Source of the DNA: an uncultured Planctomycetaceae bacterium | GTDB taxonomy: Bacteria > Planctomycetota > Planctomycetia > Planctomycetales > Planctomycetaceae | Direction of reading: 5' to 3' | DNA length: 64,000 nucleotides | Assembly: GCA_963813715.1 (NCBI GenBank) | Contig: CAWFAK010000017.1 | Span: 928,001-992,000 of the forward strand | Part shown: positions 29,985 through 41,514 of the stretch, piece by piece | Layout: every line of letters starts with the position of its first letter | How positions within the stretch are numbered: position 1 is the first letter of the stretch | Made by a program: the position numbers and the translations under genes | Notes under the pieces: generated by a model | The model's input: only the letters and a program-made list of their open reading frames with translations | What the model was told of the DNA's origin: nothing | Database searches by the model: none

Positions 29985-31670
29985 TTAATTCAAGCGCGCT
30001 GGGGTTCCGCGGACGACCGGGACGTCAAATAGGATCGGCAGGTCGCGGCTGAAGGACTCTTGCACGCGGGTCGCCAGCTCGTCCGGGTCGTTTACGCGGT
30101 GGGCTTCGACGCCGAATGAGCGGGCCAGGGAAACCATGTCGACTTCGGGCTTGGCGATGTCCATCCCCTCAAAGCGGCCCTCGCTGGCCCGCGGCAGGCC
30201 CATTCCCTGGGCACCGATTTTTAAAATTTGATACTGGGCGTTGTTGCAGATCACGAACGTGACTGGAATACGGTAGGCGGCCGCCGTCCACAGCCCCTGA
30301 ATGCCGTACAGCGACGCCCCTTCACCGAGGATCGCCAGCACGGGACGATCGGGCCACGCGAGTTTGACGCCGACGCTGCAGCCTAACCCCCAGCCCAGCG
30401 CCCAACCGCGGTGGCCGAAGTAGCCCGTTGGATCCTGGATAGCGCCGAGCCGTTCGAGCAGAGTTCCCGTTGTGGTGACGGCTTCCTCCACGACGGCAAT
30501 GTTCTTCGGCAGTGTTTTGGCCAGGGCCGACATGATCGTCGCTGGCGTCAACGGGCGCTGGCTCCATTCGGCCGCAGCGCGGGCCTGGATTTGTTCGCGA
30601 ATCTTGCGGTGGGTCTGACCGCGCTCGGCGGCCCGTTTGGCGGCAAGTTCTCGTTCGGCAACGGTCATCGTCGACCGCACGAGCGACGCCAACTCGGCGA
30701 GGCCCGGCTTGGGGTTTCCCGCCAACGAGACGTCCGTCGCGTAGTTCTTGCCGAGCTGCCACGGATCCTGATCGAGGTGAATTAGTCGAGTGTTCTCCGG
30801 GATGGGCCGGGCCGGCTCGTAGTAGACGTAGAGGCGAAAAAGATCCGTGCCTACCGCGAACAGCACGTCGAATTCGCTCAATCGCTGGACGATCTCGGGC
30901 GAGTAAATCGGCATACCAGGGGCCGAGAGCGGATGCGTGCACGGGAAGGCGAGCCGCCCGTGCGTGGTTCCGGCTTCGGCCATGACGGGGGCGCCGAGCG
31001 TTTCGGCGAGCGCGACCAGCTCGGACACGGCGTTCGCTTCTTGCACGCGGCTACCGGCGAGGATGCCCGGATTCTTGGCCTTCGCGAGAATCTCGGCCGC
31101 GTGTTTCAATTCTTCAACGGGCGGTCGCACGAGCGGATTGATCGGTCGCGGCGGTGTCAGATCGAAATGCTCCACCTCGCGTTGCACGTCGATCGGGATC
31201 GAGAGAAACACGGGGCCGGTCGGCGGCATGAGGGCGGTCTGCACGGCGCGCCGAATCGCCAGCGGCAGATCGGCGGCCCGTTCGACCTCCACCGCCCATT
31301 TCGTCCAGGGCTTGGCCACGCTGACCATGTCGGACCAGAGGATCGGCTCCTCGAACTTCAGCCGTCGGTCCTGCTGTCCCGCGGTGAGGATCAACGGCGT
31401 CCCGGCGCGGTAGGCGTTGTAAAGCATGCCCATCGCGTTGCCCAAGCCGCAGCTAATGTGAACATTGACCACGCCCGGCAGACCCGAGGCCTGGGCAAAT
31501 CCGTCCGCCATTGCGACGACCGGCACTTCCTGGAGCCCCAGGATGTATTTGATTCGCGGATGATCGACGAGCGCGTCCGAGAGGGGCAGCTCGGTCGTTC
31601 CCGGATTGCCAAAGAGGTACCGCACGCCCGACTCGGCCAGAATCTCGAGCATCGCTTCCGAGGCGTTCAT
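29985..31670 (-). CDS. Thiamine pyrophosphate-dependent enzyme, benzoylformate decarboxylase-like
   Basis: LFGNPGTTELP, LQEVPVVAMADG, GPVFLSIP and TPP motif GEGASLY..CNN. Confidence 0.88.
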   Translation of the reverse strand: MNASEAMLEILAESGVRYLFGNPGTTELPLSDALVDHPRIKYILGLQEVPVVAMADGFAQASGLPGVVNVHISCGLGNAMGMLYNAYRAGTPLILTAGQQDRRLKFEEPILWSDMVSVAKPWTKWAVEVERAADLPLAIRRAVQTALMPPTGPVFLSIPIDVQREVEHFDLTPPRPINPLVRPPVEELKHAAEILAKAKNPGILAGSRVQEANAVSELVALAETLGAPVMAEAGTTHGRLAFPCTHPLSAPGMPIYSPEIVQRLSEFDVLFAVGTDLFRLYVYYEPARPIPENTRLIHLDQDPWQLGKNYATDVSLAGNPKPGLAELASLVRSTMTVAERELAAKRAAERGQTHRKIREQIQARAAAEWSQRPLTPATIMSALAKTLPKNIAVVEEAVTTTGTLLERLGAIQDPTGYFGHRGWALGWGLGCSVGVKLAWPDRPVLAILGEGASLYGIQGLWTAAAYRIPVTFVICNNAQYQILKIGAQGMGLPRASEGRFEGMDIAKPEVDMVSLARSFGVEAHRVNDPDELATRVQESFSRDLPILFDVPVVRGTPARLN

Positions 31671-31860
31671 AGCAGCAAATCCCGCGGCAGACGAGCCGCA
31701 AAGAGCGATCGAAACGGGCATAAAAGCGACAGGAGTCCGGCTCATTCTACCGGCGGCCGGATCTCACCCGCAACACGCGTCGAGCCTGCTTTGGACCACA
31801 CGGCTCGGCCAGGATACGATAAGAGAATTGCAGCCGAACAGAACAAACGGGGTGCCCGGA

Positions 31861-33036
31861 TTGAACGCGCGGATTTTCCTCCTGGTGGCGATCGTCGTGC
31901 TGACGATCGTCGGCGCGCTCGCATTCGAGCTGCCGGGTTCCGGCCACTTGCTCCCCCCAGCCCACCCTCCGCCGCCCGATCTCACGTCGGAACGCACTTC
32001 GGAAACCCAGCCGGCTGCCGCGCCGGTCGCGAAATTCGTCACGTCGCCCGGGCCGGCCCCCGAAGGGATGGTCTGGATTCCCGGCGGCCAGGCCGCGATG
32101 GGTGACGATCAGGGTCCACCGGACGAGCGGCCGGCCCATTTGGTCACGATTGACGGCTTTTGGATGGACCGCACCGAGGTCACTAACGCCACGTTCAAGA
32201 AATTTGCCGATGCCACCGGTTATCTCACCGTCGCCGAACGCACGCCCAAGCGAGAGGACTTTAAAGGCTTGGTGGCCGACGTGAACGAGATTCCAGCCGA
32301 GAATCTCGTGGCCGGCTCGATTTGCTTTAATCCGAATTTCGACCGCAAAACGCTCACCAAGGATCAACCGCTCTGGCCACTGCAGGTCTGGAAGTACGTC
32401 AAGGGGGCGAACTGGCGGCACCCGGACGGCCCGGAATCCTCCATCGCCGACCGGATGGACCACCCGGTGGTGCATGTCGCCTGGGTTGACGCGATCGATT
32501 ATTGCAACTGGGCCCACAAGCGGCTGCCCACCGAGGCCGAATGGGAATACGCGGCCCGCGGCGGGTTGAAGAACGCGATCTACCCGTGCGGAAACGAGCT
32601 GCAGCTGGACGGAAAATGGACGATGAACATCTGGCAGGGCGTGTTTCCCGATACGCACAACGTACAGGACGGCTTCCGCACGACGGCGCCGGTGGCCTCG
32701 TTTACGCCCAACGGCTACGGACTTTTCGACATGGCGGGCAACGTCTGGGAGTGGTGCCACGACTTCTATCGACCCGACTATTATCGTTATGCTCCCCTGT
32801 CGAATCCGCCCGGGCCATCCGACAGCTTCGATCCGCTCGAGCCCAATTCGCCCAAGCGGGTGCAGCGCGGCGGCTCCTTCATGTGCAGCGATAATTACTG
32901 TCGCGGCTATCGTGTGAGCGCACGGATGAAGCAAGATCCCGAGAGTGGCACGTTCCACGCCGGCTTCCGTTGCGTTCGCAGTCCGGAAGCGACCGTCGAG
33001 AACACTCCTCAGTCTTCCCAACCCACGAAACACTGA
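31861..33036 (+). CDS. Formylglycine-generating enzyme (SUMF1/FGE) with N-terminal membrane anchor
   Basis: [47 protein letters not shown] and catalytic [12 protein letters not shown]. Start approximate. Confidence 0.9.
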   Translation: MNARIFLLVAIVVLTIVGALAFELPGSGHLLPPAHPPPPDLTSERTSETQPAAAPVAKFVTSPGPAPEGMVWIPGGQAAMGDDQGPPDERPAHLVTIDGFWMDRTEVTNATFKKFADATGYLTVAERTPKREDFKGLVADVNEIPAENLVAGSICFNPNFDRKTLTKDQPLWPLQVWKYVKGANWRHPDGPESSIADRMDHPVVHVAWVDAIDYCNWAHKRLPTEAEWEYAARGGLKNAIYPCGNELQLDGKWTMNIWQGVFPDTHNVQDGFRTTAPVASFTPNGYGLFDMAGNVWEWCHDFYRPDYYRYAPLSNPPGPSDSFDPLEPNSPKRVQRGGSFMCSDNYCRGYRVSARMKQDPESGTFHAGFRCVRSPEATVENTPQSSQPTKH

Positions 33037-33048
33037 TCCGCAGGAACT

Positions 33049-34026
<978 letters not shown>

Positions 34027-34156
34027 AAGCGGCCTGTTTTCGCCGGAATCGCCGATTTCGCGCTGAACGGATGACGCCAGTTGCCCGCCGCTCGGGTACA
34101 ATCTGCCGAGGGCGAGCCTTGGCATGGATCAACGGTCTTACGGGGGGAATCTTGGC

Positions 34157-36058
34157 ATGAAAGCGCTCGGTCGGTCAGTTCTCGCGGCGACACTCGTCTC
34201 GGCTATGAGCGCGGTTCCCGCGCTGGTTTCGGGCGCAAATCCCGCCCCACCCGCGAAAGCACCTGTGGCGACCAAGACCGTTGCGGCGATGCCCGTCGCC
34301 GACTTCCTGCTCAAGGATATTGCCGGCAAGTCGGTCGCTCTGCACGACTTCAAGGACAAGGCGGCCGTGGTCGTCTTCTTCATGGGAGTCGACTGCCCGA
34401 TCTCGAATCTATACCTGAAGGATTTGGCCGACCTTGGCAGCCGTTACGCCAAGCAAGGCGTGCAGATCGTCGGCATTCAGTCAAACGCCGGCACGACGCA
34501 GGCCCGTGCTGCCCAGCACGCCCGCGAATACAAGGTCGCGTTCCCGGTGCTGCTCGATCCGAGCCAGCGGATCGCGAATCAGCTCGGCGCAAAACGCACC
34601 GCCGAGATCTTCCTGCTCGACAGCCATCGGGCCGTCCGTTTCCACGGCGCATTGGACGATCGCTACGGCTACACCTTCAAACGCGACGTGCCGCAGCGGC
34701 ATGACCTGGAAGAAGCTCTCAAAGAACTGCTCGCGGGCAAGCCGGTGACACTTGCCGAAACGACCCCGCGGGGCTGCCTGATCACGCACGACGAACGACC
34801 GGCGTCGCTCGCCAACGTCACATACAGCAAGCAGATCTCACGCATCCTGCAGCGGCGCTGCGAGGAATGCCATCGGGCCGGCGAGGTCGCGCCCTTTACG
34901 CTGCAGACCTACGACGACGCCGTCGAGCACTCGGCGATGATGAAGGAAGTTGTCCTGCAGCGGCGGATGCCCCCCTGGCATGCCGATCCGCGCTACGGCC
35001 ATTTCTCCAACGACCGCCGCATGGAACAGGACGAGATCGATCAACTGCTTGCGTGGATCGACGCCGGCACGCCGCAGGGCGACCCGAAGGACGTGCCCGC
35101 TCCGCGGACGTGGACCAAGGGCTGGCAGATCGACAAGCCAGATTTTGTCTTCGAGCTGCCGCTCGAAGTGAAGGTGCCGGCCACCGGCACGGTCGATTAC
35201 CAGTACTACTCGGTGAAGACCAATCTGAAGGAAGACATTTGGATCCAGGCGGCCGAGGCTCGTCCAGGCAACCCTGCCGTCGTGCACCACATCATCGTCT
35301 TTTGTCGCAATCCGAAGGACGATGACGACTCGGGTGACGGAATCGGCGGCCAGCACGTTTGCGGCGTCGCTCCCGGCGATCCGCCGCTCGTCCTTCCGCC
35401 GGGCGTCGCTCGCCGCATTCCGGCCGGCTCCGAGCTGATTTTCCAGATGCACTACACGCCCAACGGCAAGGCAGCCACGGATCGCTCGAAGGTCGGTTTC
35501 GTGCTTTACAAGGGCAAAGACAAGCCTCAGCACTTTTCCCAGACGCAGCCGGTGATGAACATGCACATTCGCATTCCGGCCGGCAATCCGAACTGGCAGG
35601 TGGAATCGGAGTACAAATTCCCGCGTGACGCGAAGATTTACCAGCTCATGCCGCACATGCACCTGCGAGGCAAGGACTTCTTGTACGAGTTGACGCGGCC
35701 GAACGGGCAGAAGCAGGTGCTGTTGTTAGTGCCGCAGTTCGACTTCAATTGGCAGAACACTTATCGCCTGGCGCAGCCGGTTGACGTGCCGAAAGGCTCG
35801 ACGCTGCACTGCGTGGCGCACTTCGACAACTCGAAGGACAATCCGGCCAACCCGAATCCCAAGAAGATCGTCCGCTGGGGCGATCAGACGTGGGAAGAAA
35901 TGATGATCGGCTGGATGACCCTGGCCTGGAACGACGACAAGCCAGCCGCGAAGACCGCTCCCGCTAAGCCCGACAAACCCGCGGCGAGGAACACTAAGGC
36001 GTCGGACAAGAAAACGACGTCAATCGCCGCACCGCCGCAAAAAGTTGCGGGTCGGTAA
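34157..36058 (+). CDS. Exported redoxin + cytochrome c + copper type II (PHM/DBH-like) monooxygenase fusion
   Basis: Signal peptide; thioredoxin-like domain (DCPIS, GCLI); heme motif CEECH with MPPW; VVHH, QMHY, PHMH and EEMM; Lys/Ala/Pro tail. Confidence 0.8.
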   Translation: MKALGRSVLAATLVSAMSAVPALVSGANPAPPAKAPVATKTVAAMPVADFLLKDIAGKSVALHDFKDKAAVVVFFMGVDCPISNLYLKDLADLGSRYAKQGVQIVGIQSNAGTTQARAAQHAREYKVAFPVLLDPSQRIANQLGAKRTAEIFLLDSHRAVRFHGALDDRYGYTFKRDVPQRHDLEEALKELLAGKPVTLAETTPRGCLITHDERPASLANVTYSKQISRILQRRCEECHRAGEVAPFTLQTYDDAVEHSAMMKEVVLQRRMPPWHADPRYGHFSNDRRMEQDEIDQLLAWIDAGTPQGDPKDVPAPRTWTKGWQIDKPDFVFELPLEVKVPATGTVDYQYYSVKTNLKEDIWIQAAEARPGNPAVVHHIIVFCRNPKDDDDSGDGIGGQHVCGVAPGDPPLVLPPGVARRIPAGSELIFQMHYTPNGKAATDRSKVGFVLYKGKDKPQHFSQTQPVMNMHIRIPAGNPNWQVESEYKFPRDAKIYQLMPHMHLRGKDFLYELTRPNGQKQVLLLVPQFDFNWQNTYRLAQPVDVPKGSTLHCVAHFDNSKDNPANPNPKKIVRWGDQTWEEMMIGWMTLAWNDDKPAAKTAPAKPDKPAARNTKASDKKTTSIAAPPQKVAGR

Positions 36059-36151
36059 GCAGGCAACGCGATCATCAATCAAAGCTCGGGCGAACCAACG
36101 GTTGTCGCCACGGGTGACGTTCGCGATTAGGCTCGAAGCCTTCACGACCGG

Positions 36152-36697
36152 TCACTCCTGCGGCGAAAGAGGCGGAATCTCGCCTTCGCCAACGAAGTGC
36201 AGCCGGCGGATGCGAATGATCTTCCAATCCGCGCCTTCGCGTTGCCACGTCAACTCCCAGCGTGTCGCCCCGTGCTGCTCGCGTCCGAGATAGTTCACCG
36301 TTGCGCTCGCGCGAAACGTGGTGGTTGCCCGTGATTCCGCCGAGCTCATTTGCACCGACATGTCGGTGATACGAATGCTGCCGACGATTCGCGCCGCCGA
36401 CGCCGCGGTTTGTACGAGGGCCCGGTCTTCGGCGTCCTGCATCGAGAAGAAATCCACGCAGCGAGGCGCATCACCGGCCTCGAAGGCACGGGCCAGCGCA
36501 AAAACCTGATCAGCGACGCGCTCCTTCTCGGTGACGATCAATCGCTCGACCAGAATCACCGCGCCACCGAGCGCAAGGAAGGCGCCGGCCAGATAAAGCT
36601 GGCGCGGCTGGCGATGCACGTGCCAATGCGCAAAGCAGGCGGCCGCAATCACCGAACAGATGAAGAAAGGCGGCCACGGCGTTTCAGTGAACCACAT
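36152..36697 (-). CDS. Hypothetical membrane protein with an NTF2/SnoaL-like C-terminal domain
   Basis: Two TM helices, then LARAFEAGD...WELTWQREGADWKIIRI, a pattern typical of NTF2-like C-termini. Confidence 0.6.
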   Translation of the reverse strand: MWFTETPWPPFFICSVIAAACFAHWHVHRQPRQLYLAGAFLALGGAVILVERLIVTEKERVADQVFALARAFEAGDAPRCVDFFSMQDAEDRALVQTAASAARIVGSIRITDMSVQMSSAESRATTTFRASATVNYLGREQHGATRWELTWQREGADWKIIRIRRLHFVGEGEIPPLSPQE

Positions 36698-36838
36698 GAG
36701 CGCGGCTCCGCCGGGAAGTGTAGGACGGGACGCGAACGCCGACAAGCGGCTCGCGCTCCGGGCGTTCTACTTCCATTGACGGAGCGGCGTCGCAAATTCG
36801 TCCGCGAAATTTGAAAAATCGTGGCGCCGCCGTCGCGA

Positions 36839-38379
36839 TCAATTTGCCAGGCGGCCGCCCGCGCGGTTCGGAAGGACGCGAAAGTGGCGACGAATGATCT
36901 CCTCGCCGCCGATCTTGAGCACGAGCGAATAATCGCCGGTCGGCATCGAGTCCCCGATCGTATAGTCGAAAATGGCGCGCATCGATTCGCTGGCGACCGA
37001 GCAGCCGGTCGTGTCGATCACTCGGTGTTCGGCATCCTCGAGTTCACATCCCAGCCACAGGTCTTCGTGGGGGGGCACCAAGTCGCATTCGGCCTTCATC
37101 AGGTCGCCCTGGCGGAACTCGGTACGGCGGTCGAGGACCGCGCCCGCGGCAACTCGGGAGCCAATGTCAAATAGCAGGACCTTGTCCTGGTTGCGAATCC
37201 GCTCGCTCGGCCGCAGCAATTGGGCCACGTAGTTCGGATCGAGCGGCTTGAGTGCGTACGGGCCTTCCGGGCGACGCATCCCGTAACGATCGAGCTTGTA
37301 TTCCAAGGCGATGCCGCCGCCGGCCGTCGCCAGCACCAGTACGCCAAAGACCACTTGCGCCCAGGCCGGGTTGACTGACGGGAGCAACGGCCACTCGCGC
37401 GAACGGAACAACTCGCCCACCGCGGCGCGAATCCCCCACCGCGTTCGCGCCAGCGCGCAAAGAGTTGCTTGAACCAGGCCACGTCCGCCTCGTTCAAAAA
37501 CGCCAGATAGGACGAGATGCAAACGACCGGGAAGAGCCAGAGCCCCAAAGTCAGCAACGTCATGATGTGAAACGTCGAGCCGATCGCCAGCATGACGATT
37601 CTCGGGATGCCGCGCCACGCCAGGAAGATAAATGTGCACTCCCAAATGAGGGCGACCAGTCCGAAGCCTGCCAGGATCGCGGGATAAGGCTCGAAGTAGC
37701 GGCCGAGCAAGTTCGGCATGTTGTAATTGGTGATCATCCAGGTCTGCAGTTGCTCGCCCGAAAAATAAGCGGGGATTTTCACCTTCGTGAGCACCGCACC
37801 GAAATAGACGAGGCCCACACACAGCTGCAGCAGCCGCCGCGGCCAGGCGGGGGAACTTCGTGGCTGGTTCGCGATCTCGGGGGGCACCCCGGCGCGGCGC
37901 AGTCGCGAGCGTCGGAACCAGTTGTCGAGTGACCAGACCGCTCCACAATCGGAAAAACACATGAGCAGCATGAGGTGCGAGGCGATGACCGAGTATTTGT
38001 TCATCGTCCCGATGGTGTCGAGCGAATTCAGATAGATGTAGCCCGCCGCCGCCAGGATCATCGAAAAGCGGGTGCACCAACCGAGGCACGACGCGAGACA
38101 CGCCAACAGCAAGACGCTGTGAATCGCGATGGCCGCTTCGGCGCTGGGTTCAGCAAAGAGCGGCTTGAGTCCATAAATCTCCCAGACGGGAACCGGCGAC
38201 CCGTCACTCGAATAAAGCTCGCGAGCGTAGGCCCAGCGGGGCACCATCGCCAGCAAAAGCGCGATCGACACCGAAATCCGCATCAGCGCCAGGCCGTACG
38301 GAACTTCCTCCGAGTAGAAGAACGCGTTCAGCCGGGAGAGAATTCCGCGGGGGGGCTGGCTGGCAATCCCTGTGCTCAT
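36839..38379 (-). CDS. HTTM domain membrane protein (gamma-carboxylase/SdpB-like), frameshift near 37400
   Basis: LALMRI, LGWCTR, WSLDNW, PAWPRRLLQL..VYFGAVLTK and FHIMTLLTLGLWLFP; the soluble C-terminal domain is in a second frame. Confidence 0.8.
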
Positions 38380-38439
38380 CAATCAACTCCGAGGCGGAAG
38401 GGGCGTCCTGCTTGCGTCCGACCGGGCTTGGCAAGAGGG

Positions 38440-39096
38440 CTATTCAGCGAGAGGCCCGTTGAGCAAATTCGCCGACGACGGAGTCGACGAATAGGCGCCG
38501 CGGGAATCGTTCATCAGCCCTGCCGGAATGAAGGGCTGGCTGCGCCGGGCGTCCGACATCAGCCGAGGGTTGTCTCGCAATCCCATGTGGTACTGGTACA
38601 GAAACCACGTGGGCTGAGTGCTGAGAATCTCGCCGTGGGGAGTGACCACGAACCGCGTGTGGCAGTACGTGTAGTTGTCCTTAGGCTTGCCGTAATAGGC
38701 CTCATATTGCCCATCGGGAAGGTTGAACCGTTTAGGGTATTCCTGCTCGACGACGAACATCCGCACCATCGGCTCGTGCTGGGTGTGGCTGAGGCACATG
38801 TGGCCGAGCCGCTCGCCCTGCCGGCATTCCGGATCGTAATGCTGACGGCCGAGGTAGCCGTACGGATGAAATTCTCCCCACGGGGCGGGCGCGAGCTCGT
38901 AGAACTTGCCGCTCTCCCCTTCTCCGATGACTTGCATTCGTCCTTCGTAGCCGGCCCAGCCGCAAAACATGTCCCAGACGAGGAAATACATGATCGGGTG
39001 GCAGTTCGGCAGCACGTCGAATGCGTGAGAAACGCAGCCGAACGACAGGGCGCCAAGGTAGGTGCTGATCCAAAGGTACGAGAGCCAGCGTTTCAC
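38440..39096 (-). CDS. HTTM partner protein (SdpA/DUF5819-like)
   Basis: N-terminal TM helix, then YFLVWDMFCGW; lies directly upstream of the HTTM gene on the same strand. Confidence 0.6.
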   Translation of the reverse strand: MKRWLSYLWISTYLGALSFGCVSHAFDVLPNCHPIMYFLVWDMFCGWAGYEGRMQVIGEGESGKFYELAPAPWGEFHPYGYLGRQHYDPECRQGERLGHMCLSHTQHEPMVRMFVVEQEYPKRFNLPDGQYEAYYGKPKDNYTYCHTRFVVTPHGEILSTQPTWFLYQYHMGLRDNPRLMSDARRSQPFIPAGLMNDSRGAYSSTPSSANLLNGPLAE

Positions 39097-39295
39097 GGCG
39101 CGATCCTCCGTGCCCCCACTCGGATCGAAATGGCCAGGTCGAATACGCAAGAAAAGTGCGAGGGAAAGGCCCGCATTTTCGTTTTGGGGCCATTCCGGTC
39201 AAGAGCAAATCAGCGCGCTAACTTTCGGGCGACTCCCCGAAGATCGAGGCCCGAGTGGGCCATTCCCGACGGCGAAAACGGCGGCGTGCGGGGAA

Positions 39296-40834
39296 TCAGC
39301 CGTCGGAGCGACCAGTCTCGGCTCGCAGGATGGCGTCGATCACTCCATCCCAGGTGTAGGAGGTCGCCTCGGCTGCGATCTCCAGTCCGAGTTCGCTGGC
39401 GCGAGCGCTCGTTACGGGGCTGATGCTCGCGAGTCGCGTGGTGCGCCCCAGGTGCGACCGGGCGGCAGGCGGACAGAGCTGAGAAAGCGACTGCACGATC
39501 GAGGGGCTTCCCAAGCCGATCCAATCCAACTCTCCGCGCTCCAATCGCTCGACTGCGCCCGGCGGTAAGCCAGTAACGTCGACATTGCGATAGACAACCA
39601 CCTCTTCGACGCGGGCGCCGCCTTCCGCCAACCGTTTCGGCAAGACGTCCCGCCCGCGATCGGCCCGAGCCCAAAGCACGTTCCCCGACCCGACCTGTGG
39701 CACCAGCTCTTCCGCTAACGATTCCGCCCGGAATTCCCGCGGGACGAGGTCGGGCCGCAGACCAAACCGAGCCAGCGATTCGCCGGTCGCCGGACCGATG
39801 GCGGCGACTTTGGTTCGCGACAAACGTCGGGCATCGCCGCCAGTTTGCCAAAGCCGCGACAGCAACGCGTCAACGCCATTGACGCTCGTGAAGACCAACC
39901 AATCGAAATCGGCAATCCGGGCGAGCACTGCGTCGACGGCCCGCCAATCGGTTGGCGGCAGGATCTCGATGGTCGGCAGCAAGACCGGCTCCGCCCCCAA
40001 CCGGAGCACTCGCTCGATGATAGGGCCGGCTTGCGAAACGGGCCGGGTAATCCCGATCCGTCTCCCAAACAGAGGCAGCCTTTCGTACCAGGCGATCGTT
40101 TCCCGTCGCGTGACGCATTCGCCGATCACGATCACCGAAGGGGGACGTACGCCGGACCGCTGCACAGCCACGGGCAGCTCGCCGAGCGGTGCCACAACCG
40201 TTCGCTGTCCGGGGTTGGTCGCCGAACTGATCAGGCAGGCCGGAGTTTGGGCAGGCAGGCCGGCCCGAATGAGCGCGTCTGCCAGACCTTCGAGATGCTG
40301 CAGTCCCATGTAAAAGACGAGCGTCCCCGGGAACCGAGCGATGGCCTCGTAGTTCAAGGAGGGCTGCCCTTTAATCGGATCTTCGTGCCCAGTAATGAAT
40401 GCGACGGCGGACGCGTATTGGCGGTGCGTGAACGAGAGGCCTGCATACTCCCCGGCGGCGACCGCCGCTGTGACGCCGGGCACCACCTCGAACTCGACCT
40501 CTGCAGCGGCCAGCGCGGCTGCTTCCTCGCTCCCGCGACCGAAGATGTACGGATCGCCTCCCTTGAGCCGCACAACGGTTTTGCCTGCGCGAGCTTCGTC
40601 GATCAGCCGTTCGTTGATCGCCGCCTGGTTCGAACCGCCGGCGAGGGCTTCACGATGCGTGCGTTCGGCATGCCCGGATGCAAATCGCAGCAGCAACGGG
40701 TTCACCAGTCCGTCGTACAAGACCAAGTCCGCCGAACGGAGGCACTCGAGCCCCTTCAGCGTCAAGAGGCCCGGGTCGCCCGGACCCGCTCCGACGAGAT
40801 AGACCTTTCCGGCGCGGGGCTTGAATTCTGTCAC
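39296..40834 (-). CDS. cobA: Uroporphyrinogen-III C-methyltransferase / uroporphyrinogen-III synthase fusion
   Basis: VYLVGAGPGDPGLLT, VVRLKGGDPYIFGRGSEE and EVVPGVT, followed by the HemD domain (LFGRRIGITRP, FTSVNGV, AIGPAT). Confidence 0.93.
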   Translation of the reverse strand: MTEFKPRAGKVYLVGAGPGDPGLLTLKGLECLRSADLVLYDGLVNPLLLRFASGHAERTHREALAGGSNQAAINERLIDEARAGKTVVRLKGGDPYIFGRGSEEAAALAAAEVEFEVVPGVTAAVAAGEYAGLSFTHRQYASAVAFITGHEDPIKGQPSLNYEAIARFPGTLVFYMGLQHLEGLADALIRAGLPAQTPACLISSATNPGQRTVVAPLGELPVAVQRSGVRPPSVIVIGECVTRRETIAWYERLPLFGRRIGITRPVSQAGPIIERVLRLGAEPVLLPTIEILPPTDWRAVDAVLARIADFDWLVFTSVNGVDALLSRLWQTGGDARRLSRTKVAAIGPATGESLARFGLRPDLVPREFRAESLAEELVPQVGSGNVLWARADRGRDVLPKRLAEGGARVEEVVVYRNVDVTGLPPGAVERLERGELDWIGLGSPSIVQSLSQLCPPAARSHLGRTTRLASISPVTSARASELGLEIAAEATSYTWDGVIDAILRAETGRSDG

Positions 40835-41466
40835 CGGCGATCGGCCTTCGAGGCGTTGACGCTGATCCATGAGATAAGATGGGCAGCAACGGCGGCCTTA
40901 GGGCCTTCAAAACTGGTTGCGACTTGCCCCGAGCCATCGAGAACCTCGACGCTGTTGGATTCCGCGCCGATCGCGGCCGGACCATTAAGCACAATCCAGT
41001 CGCAGTTTTTGGCCCGTAACTTCTGCAGGGCGTTTTCCCGCGCGTTGGTCGCCTCGAGCGCGAATCCTAAGACCCAGCGCCCCCCTTTGAGCCGGCCCAG
41101 CTCCGCCAGGACGTCGTCTGTCTCGATCATCTCGAGGGTGATCGGCCCGCCGGTCTTAGAGATTTTCCCCGGCACGCGGTTGAGCGGCTTGTAGTCGCAG
41201 ACGGCGGCGGCAGCGATCACTCCGTCGCAATCGGCAAAACGCGAGACGCAGGCGTCTCGCATCTGCGCCGTCGTGCTGACAAACAGGCACTCGCAGCCCT
41301 GCGGCGGGTGAAGGTGGACCGGGCCGCTGACGAGCACCACGTCGTGCCCCGAGCTCCGCGCCGCCTCAGCCAACGCGTATCCCATCCGTCCGCTGCTATC
41401 GTTCGACAGATAGCGCACGTCGTCGAGATATTCGCGGGTGGGCCCGGCGGTGATGAGAATCCGCAT
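40831..41466 (-). CDS. coaB: Phosphopantothenate-cysteine ligase (standalone CoaB)
   Basis: ILITAGPTREYLDDVRYLSNDSSGRMG, AAAVCDY and GFALE. Confidence 0.9.
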   Translation of the reverse strand: MRILITAGPTREYLDDVRYLSNDSSGRMGYALAEAARSSGHDVVLVSGPVHLHPPQGCECLFVSTTAQMRDACVSRFADCDGVIAAAAVCDYKPLNRVPGKISKTGGPITLEMIETDDVLAELGRLKGGRWVLGFALEATNARENALQKLRAKNCDWIVLNGPAAIGAESNSVEVLDGSGQVATSFEGPKAAVAAHLISWISVNASKADRR

Positions 41467-41514
41467 CGTGCCAGTTTACCACGTTCACCGCCGGCACATG
41501 TCGATGCACCGGGC

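Noticed and set aside
37975..39423. Long antisense ORFs (e.g. 37975-39423, 39845-41194, 61307-62740, 8892-10127)
   Set aside because: They are shadows of well-supported genes on the opposite strand, as expected in high-GC DNA with few stop codons.
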